From Reclinomonas americana ATCC 50394 (taxonomy: Eukaryota), in contig PS015009.1 in NCBI GenBank assembly GCA_048213135.1, positions 372,001 through 436,000 of the forward strand: a stretch of 64,000 bases of DNA, given 5' to 3'. A program made the position numbers and the translations under genes. Below, piece by piece: positions 58,248 to 64,000 of the stretch. The notes beneath the pieces were generated by a model, which worked only from the letters and a program-made list of their open reading frames with translations, made no database searches and was not told the DNA's origin. The first letter of the stretch is position 1. Each line of letters opens with the position of its first letter.

Positions 58248-58491
58248 ATGGCAGGATTCAAAATTTGGTATGGAAACAGTAAAAATTTGGGGAATTCCGG
58301 GGACTGTATTCCAGCCTGGTACGTGTCCATTTTAAAAGTTGGATGCTCTATATTATTGATAGCCAGCAGTTTTAAAAAACCAACCCGGAAATAATCATTT
58401 TTTAACCCAAAAAGGGGTATTATTAATATTTTTTGCCATACCATTTAAAGTCAAAAATTAATAATACTTTAGCGGAAATTAAATTAATAAC

Positions 58492-61400
58492 ATGAAAAAA
58501 ACTCTACTCCTGACAGTATTGTTTGCATTCATTACTACCTTAAGTTTTGCTCAGTCTGACCAGTTCTGGACTGCCAATACACAAAGCCGCAGTAGTATTA
58601 CTACAGACAAAGCTGTTGCAAGATTGTCTTTCCCTAAAGAATTTAAGCTGTTCAACCTGAACCTTTCTTCTTTAAGGAATGAACTGTTTACAATCGTGGG
58701 TAACAATGCAGCCAAGCATTCTACGATTATTTCCCTGCCAGGTGCAGATGGTAAAATGGAACAGTTTGAAGTATACGAAGCTTCAAACTTCGAACCTGCC
58801 CTGCAAGCGAAATTCCCTGAGATCAGGGCCTTCTCCGGTAAAGGTATTACCGACAAATCTGCTACACTGAAACTGAGTATTTCTCCCCAGGGAATACAAA
58901 CCATGGTATTCAGGACAGCGACTGCCAACGAATTCATCGAGCCTTATTCAAAAGATCATGCCGTTTACGCGGTATTCAAATCACAAAGGGAGAAAGGAAG
59001 TCTGCCATGGGTATGTTCTACTCCTGACCAGCAGATCTTTGCCGGTCTGAAAGGACCTATCGCTTCTTCCAACATCACCGGAAGTTCTACAGGCGAACTG
59101 AAAACCATGCGCCTGGCTCAATCCTGCAATGGTGAATATTCCAACTGGTTCGGCGCTTTCAACTCTTCACAGGTAGCGCTGGTGCTGGCCGCTTTTAACA
59201 ACACCCTTACCCGTTGTAACGGTTGTTATGAAAAAGATCTTGCCATTCACCTGAACCTGATCGCCAACACCACTGCAGTGATCTATTATGATCCTGCTAC
59301 TGATCCTTACACTACCCTGGCTAACTGGAACAACCAGTTGCAGACTGCTCTTACTGCCAATATCGGCGAAGCCAACTACGACATCGGTCACATGTTCGGC
59401 GCTTCCGGTGGTGGCGGTAACGCGGGTTGTATCGGTTGCGTTTGCGTTGACGGACAAAAAGGACGTGGTATCACTTCTCCAGCCGATGGTATCCCTCAGG
59501 GTGATAACTTCGATATCGACTACGTAGCGCATGAAGTGGGCCACCAAATGGGCGGTAACCACACTTTCTCTATGTCAAATGAAGGTACTGGTGTAAATAA
59601 AGAAGTGGGTTCTGGTATCACCATCATGGGTTATGCCGGTATCACCAACCAGGACGTTGCTCCTCACTCTATCGACATTTTCCACGAAGCAACCATCCAG
59701 CAGATCCAGACCAACATGGCTGGCAAATCCTGCCCGGTTACTACCAACATCACTGCCAACAATGCTACTCCCGTTGTAGCGCCTGTTGCCAACTATACTA
59801 TTCCTATCAGCACACCGTTCGCACTGACCGGTTCAGCAACTGATGCCAATGCCGGCGACGTACTGACTTACTGCTGGGAACAAAATGACAACTCTACAAC
59901 TACTGGTAACGCCAGTGTTGCAAGCCCGACTAAACTGACCGGTCCTAACTGGTTATCATTCCCTGCCACAACATCTCCTACAAGGCTGATGCCAAGGCTG
60001 TCTACTATCCTGGCTGGTTTGTTCATCACCCCGGTACTGCCTGGTGGTGACCCGATCGCCAACATCGAAGCATTAAGCTCTGTTGCAAGGACGCTGAACT
60101 ACAGGCTGACTGTAAGGGATAACGTTCCGTACAGTTCTTCTGCACCAATCAAAGTTGGTCAGACTGCCTTTACTGATATGACCGTTACCGTTACCAATAC
60201 TTCCGGTCCGTTCAAAGTAACTGTTGCCAATACCGCAGGTACTACTTACCCAAGCGGTTCTACTCAAACCATTACATGGGATGTGGCCGGTACTACAGGT
60301 GCTCCTGTTAGCTGTGCTAACGTTAAGATCTCCCTGTCTACCGACGGTGGTAACACTTTCACCACTGTACTCGCAGCCAACACACCTAATGATGGCAGCG
60401 AATCAGTAACTATCCCAGGTCCTTCCACAACAACTGCAAGGATCAAGATCGAATCTGTTGGTAATATCTTCTTTGATATCAACGATGCTAACTTCAGCAT
60501 TACCGGTGCCTGCTCTGGTCCGACAGTGACTACGCAGCCTGCCAACTCAACTATCTGTCCTTCAGCCAATACATCATTCACGGTGGGTACAGACAATGCA
60601 ACCAGCTATCAGTGGCAGGTAAGCACCGACGGCGGTAGTAACTGGTCAAATGTTAGCAACGGTGGTGTGTATGGTGGCGCTACTGCTACTACCCTCACCA
60701 TTACTGGTGCAACTGCCGGTATGAATAATTACCGCTACCGTTCTGTAACCAGCAACGTGTGCGGAACGACCAATTCAAACAGCGCTACATTAACTGTTAA
60801 TGCAGCTCCTGCTATCACAACACAACCCGTAGCCGCTTCTATCTGTGCAACGTTCAACACATCGTTCACTGCAGCTTCTTCCGGTACAGGTGTTACCAAC
60901 CAATGGCAGGTAAGTACTGATAACGGTGGCAGCTGGACCAATGTTTCCAACGGTGGTGTATACAGCGGTGCTACTACCACTACACTTACTCTTACTGGTG
61001 TAACACTTGCCATGAACAGCTATTGCTATCGTATGGTAGCAACCGGCACATGTTCTCCTGCTGCTAATTCCAACAGTGCCTGCCTGACGGTAGTTGCTCC
61101 TGCAGTAGTAGTTAACCACCCGGCCAACGCGTCTATCTGCAGCGGCGGTGTTATTACTTTCTCAGTAACCGGTACCAACACCACAGTTTACAAATGGCAG
61201 GAAAGCACAGACGGTGGCGCCACATGGACCACGCTGACCAACACCGCTCCTTATTCCGGTGTGAACACAGCTACGCTCACCATCACCAATGTGCCTACCA
61301 ACTTTGCAACACCGGTACGCCGTTACCGTGCACTGTTGTCTAATGCCAGCTGTACTGCTGACATTGCTTCTAATTCAGCTACACTGACCATTATACCTAA

Positions 61401-61923
61401 ACCAAGCGCGGTGATCACAGCCAATCCGTCTAACGCGATTTACTTCCCGCAAACCACCACCCTGAATGCCGCCATCACCAATGGCAACGCCAATACCATC
61501 ATTACATGGTACTACAATGGCGCTGTCCTGCCTGGTGTAACCGGCAACAGCTATGTGGTTGACGTGGATCACCTCGGCATCTACCAGGTTAAAGTATCTG
61601 ATCCTACAGGTACCTGCTTCAGCTTCTCTAACGAGGATACCGTAGTAGCTGCACCTAACGGAAGGATGTTCATTACACCTAACCCCAACAGGGGTATCTT
61701 CGAAGTAAGGTTCTTCTCAGGAGCCCACAACTTCGGTTTCAACAGGATGGTTACCATTTACGACAGCAAAGGCGCAAGGATCTATTCTCAGCCGCTGGTT
61801 GTTAACGGACCATACAGTGCATTGAAAGTGGATATCTCCAAACGCGGTAAAGGCCTGTACTTCTTAGTTCTTGGTGACTATAAAGGAGGCGTACTTGCAC
61901 AGGGCAAAGTGATTGTGGAATAA
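58492..61923 (+). CDS. Reprolysin-like metallopeptidase with Ig-like repeats and T9SS type A C-terminal domain, paralogue 2
   Basis: HEVGHQMGGNH zinc motif, Met-turn TIMGYAG, same C-terminal module as paralogue 1. Confidence 0.9.
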   Translation: MKKTLLLTVLFAFITTLSFAQSDQFWTANTQSRSSITTDKAVARLSFPKEFKLFNLNLSSLRNELFTIVGNNAAKHSTIISLPGADGKMEQFEVYEASNFEPALQAKFPEIRAFSGKGITDKSATLKLSISPQGIQTMVFRTATANEFIEPYSKDHAVYAVFKSQREKGSLPWVCSTPDQQIFAGLKGPIASSNITGSSTGELKTMRLAQSCNGEYSNWFGAFNSSQVALVLAAFNNTLTRCNGCYEKDLAIHLNLIANTTAVIYYDPATDPYTTLANWNNQLQTALTANIGEANYDIGHMFGASGGGGNAGCIGCVCVDGQKGRGITSPADGIPQGDNFDIDYVAHEVGHQMGGNHTFSMSNEGTGVNKEVGSGITIMGYAGITNQDVAPHSIDIFHEATIQQIQTNMAGKSCPVTTNITANNATPVVAPVANYTIPISTPFALTGSATDANAGDVLTYCWEQNDNSTTTGNASVASPTKLTGPNWLSFPATTSPTRLMPRLSTILAGLFITPVLPGGDPIANIEALSSVARTLNYRLTVRDNVPYSSSAPIKVGQTAFTDMTVTVTNTSGPFKVTVANTAGTTYPSGSTQTITWDVAGTTGAPVSCANVKISLSTDGGNTFTTVLAANTPNDGSESVTIPGPSTTTARIKIESVGNIFFDINDANFSITGACSGPTVTTQPANSTICPSANTSFTVGTDNATSYQWQVSTDGGSNWSNVSNGGVYGGATATTLTITGATAGMNNYRYRSVTSNVCGTTNSNSATLTVNAAPAITTQPVAASICATFNTSFTAASSGTGVTNQWQVSTDNGGSWTNVSNGGVYSGATTTTLTLTGVTLAMNSYCYRMVATGTCSPAANSNSACLTVVAPAVVVNHPANASICSGGVITFSVTGTNTTVYKWQESTDGGATWTTLTNTAPYSGVNTATLTITNVPTNFATPVRRYRALLSNASCTADIASNSATLTIIPKPSAVITANPSNAIYFPQTTTLNAAITNGNANTIITWYYNGAVLPGVTGNSYVVDVDHLGIYQVKVSDPTGTCFSFSNEDTVVAAPNGRMFITPNPNRGIFEVRFFSGAHNFGFNRMVTIYDSKGARIYSQPLVVNGPYSALKVDISKRGKGLYFLVLGDYKGGVLAQGKVIVE

Positions 61924-61944
61924 GAAAGGATATCATCTCCTCAT

Positions 61945-61976
61945 AAAAAAGGGCTGTACTTGGTACAGCCCTTTTT
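61945..61976 (+). terminator. Intrinsic terminator
   Basis: AAAAAAGGGCTGTAC-TTG-GTACAGCCCTTTT. Confidence 0.85.
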
Positions 61977-62036
61977 CTTTACCTGCAGGCGGCTAAAATT
62001 CCTTAATTTTACTGAACACATTTTATTCTTCCTGTT

Positions 62037-62678
62037 ATGAAAAAGATACTGGTATTCGCCTTGTCAGGCCTGCTGATCGCTTCCTGTTCCTCACCGGCAA
62101 AAGATTCATTTGATGAAAGCCTGGCCAGGCCCGACAGCCTGGGCAACAGCAATACAACAGCAACACCCTCTGCTCCTGTTCAACCCGTGAATGGGCTGAA
62201 CAACCTGCCGCAGAACAACCAGCAGCCAGTTATCATTACCCCGCAGCAACAGGCTCAGCCTGCAGCGCCACCGGTCATATCCAGTTCACTGACAGCACCG
62301 GGCACCACCACCGCTACGGCCACCACCAGCACTGCAGCCGGTATGAATCCGCCGCACGGACAACCCGGTCACCGGTGTGATATTCCCGTAGGCGCTGCGC
62401 TTAATTCAAAACCCGCGGCCACTACTGCTGCTACCAAACCATCTACCACCACAATTACGCCGGTTAATGTTCCTGTAACACCAACAGCGCCGGGCATGAA
62501 CCCGCCGCACGGACAACCCGGTCACAGGTGCGACATAGCCGTTGGCGCTCCGCTCAACAGCGCACCCGCAACAGCAACGCCCGTAACCGTACCTGCAACA
62601 CCTGTAAGCGTGCCCGCCACAGCACCCGTGGCTGATACAGCCAAAGGCGGTGTTACCGGTTCAAGAGGCGGTAAATAA
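62037..62678 (+). CDS. Low-complexity lipoprotein with two NPPHGQPGHRCDI repeats
   Basis: Lipobox IASC. Pro/Thr/Ala-rich. GMNPPHGQPGHRCDI(P/A)VGA(A/P)LNS occurs twice. Confidence 0.8.
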   Translation: MKKILVFALSGLLIASCSSPAKDSFDESLARPDSLGNSNTTATPSAPVQPVNGLNNLPQNNQQPVIITPQQQAQPAAPPVISSSLTAPGTTTATATTSTAAGMNPPHGQPGHRCDIPVGAALNSKPAATTAATKPSTTTITPVNVPVTPTAPGMNPPHGQPGHRCDIAVGAPLNSAPATATPVTVPATPVSVPATAPVADTAKGGVTGSRGGK

Positions 62679-62699
62679 TTATTATATCGAAGGGAACAT

Positions 62700-63311
62700 C
62701 TATTTATTAGGTTGCCCGCTCACATATGTATTTCCCCTGATGTAGAAGCGGTAGGGTAAAGATGCGTCTTTTCCTGCTCCGTCGATGCCGATTCGTTTAC
62801 TCGTACCCGTAAGTGATGCCGGCACCATGTAACCATCATCCTCTATTGTTATCATACTGCCGCTCATCAGATCGATCCCGGAATGAATTTTAGTAATACC
62901 CAGTGCCTTTCCTGCATTGCCGGGCCCGCGGGTAAGGGTATGATCCGCTTTTGTTTTACCGCAGCGTTTCAGCATCAGCGGTATGCCTTCCATGGGTTCC
63001 ACGGCCCGTACCAGTACCGCGTCAGGAATACCGGGTTCGTTGGTAACGATATTGAAAAGATGGTGCATCCCATAACAAATATAAACATATGAAGTACCGG
63101 CCTTGCTGTACATAGGTTCGTTCCTGGCCGTACGGCGCCCGCCAAATGAATGCGAAGCTTTATCTGTAATCGCAACATAGGCTTCCGTTTCCACAATACG
63201 CCCCGAGGTAATGCCATCCTCAAAGCGGGTAACAATGATCTTTCCCAGCAGTTCACGGGCAATGGTGACCACATCATCACGCTCATAAAAATCGATGCTC
63301 AACTTCCTCAT
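62700..63311 (-). CDS. DNA-3-methyladenine glycosylase (MPG/AAG family)
   Basis: ARELLGK, GRIVETEAY, YVYICYGMHHLFN, AVLVRAVEP, GPG, RIGI. Confidence 0.93.
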   Translation of the reverse strand: MRKLSIDFYERDDVVTIARELLGKIIVTRFEDGITSGRIVETEAYVAITDKASHSFGGRRTARNEPMYSKAGTSYVYICYGMHHLFNIVTNEPGIPDAVLVRAVEPMEGIPLMLKRCGKTKADHTLTRGPGNAGKALGITKIHSGIDLMSGSMITIEDDGYMVPASLTGTSKRIGIDGAGKDASLPYRFYIRGNTYVSGQPNK

Positions 63312-63362
63312 TATATATTAACTTTAAAGGCTAAAGTAAAATATTATACCGCACAATTCCGC

Positions 63363-64000
63363 ATGCTTAAAGAGATCATCATATCCATACAGGCTTATTA
63401 CCAAACGCACCGCTTCATTATCAAGCACAGGTTATGGAAATGGATACTGGTACCCGGTCTCATTTACAGCATCCTTTTTTTTGCCGGCATCTACTTTTTT
63501 CTCAAATCCAGCAACAGCGCCATTGCCTTCATTTTACAGGAGACCGGTGTAAAAGGCTGGATGGACAGTATGCAGAACAGCTGGCTCAACTTCCTGCTTA
63601 TTTTCGGGCAGATCATCCTGCAACTGGTGTCGCTGCTGTTCTATTTCTCCCTGTTCAAATACCTGTTCCTTATCATCGGCTCACCGGTATTCGCATACCT
63701 CAGCGAAAAAACAGAAAGCATCATAGAAGGTAAGGATTTCCCTTTCAGCTTTAAACAGCTCATGAAAGATATTGCCCGGGGTGTACGACTGGCACTGAGG
63801 AACATGCTCTGGCAAACGGTTTACACGATCTCCATATTCATTCTTTCCTTCATTCCCATTGTAGGATGGGTAATGCCACTGGTGGCACTGATGGTGGAAT
63901 GTTATTACCTGGGCTTCTCCATGCTGGATTACAGCTGTGAACGCAATAAGTTGTCTACCGGGCAAAGCATCGCTTTTATTGGCCGGCACAAGGGACTTGC
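63363..64000 (+). CDS. EI24/CysZ-like membrane protein (3' end runs off the window)
   Basis: Not in the ORF track. Manual translation from ATG 63363: MLKEIIISIQAYYQTHRFIIKHRLWKWILVPG...FKYLFLIIGSPVFAYLSEKTE...DIARG...YYLGFSMLDYSCER. Confidence 0.8.
   Translation, partial: MLKEIIISIQAYYQTHRFIIKHRLWKWILVPGLIYSILFFAGIYFFLKSSNSAIAFILQETGVKGWMDSMQNSWLNFLLIFGQIILQLVSLLFYFSLFKYLFLIIGSPVFAYLSEKTESIIEGKDFPFSFKQLMKDIARGVRLALRNMLWQTVYTISIFILSFIPIVGWVMPLVALMVECYYLGFSMLDYSCERNKLSTGQSIAFIGRHKGL

Overview
Core-genome-like 64 kb segment of a Bacteroidota bacterium, probably Chitinophagaceae-like. This is inferred from PorP/SprF and T9SS-type C-terminal domains, Y_Y_Y sensor architecture and repeated TAnnTTTG -7 promoter elements. 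About 50 CDS are present, mostly housekeeping: pepT, fmt, pntAB, folA, thyA, mnmA, two isocitrate dehydrogenases, amt, trmD, ade, upp. I saw no rRNA, tRNA, CRISPR array, integrase or transposase. The main signals are (1) three short ORF-poor transcription units at 43.4-45.0 kb that flank a prokaryotic pentameric ligand-gated ion channel gene, each with the same upstream direct-repeat box, identically spaced -7 element and terminator, i.e. a candidate co-regulated sRNA family; (2) an apparently self-contained two-component regulon at 4.65-13.05 kb, where a shared operator-like box precedes a papain-like protein, the response regulator and a YadA/S74 fibre gene, and the sensor kinase is broken by a T9 homopolymer; (3) tandem IDH genes of two families with a structured leader (candidate icd-II motif) and a degenerate NADP pocket in the first enzyme; (4) tandem T9SS metalloproteases with divergent catalytic domains but an almost identical 3' end; (5) pervasive intergenic heptamer arrays, often in inverted pairs and often starting exactly at stop codons. 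All calls were made by eye without database searches.
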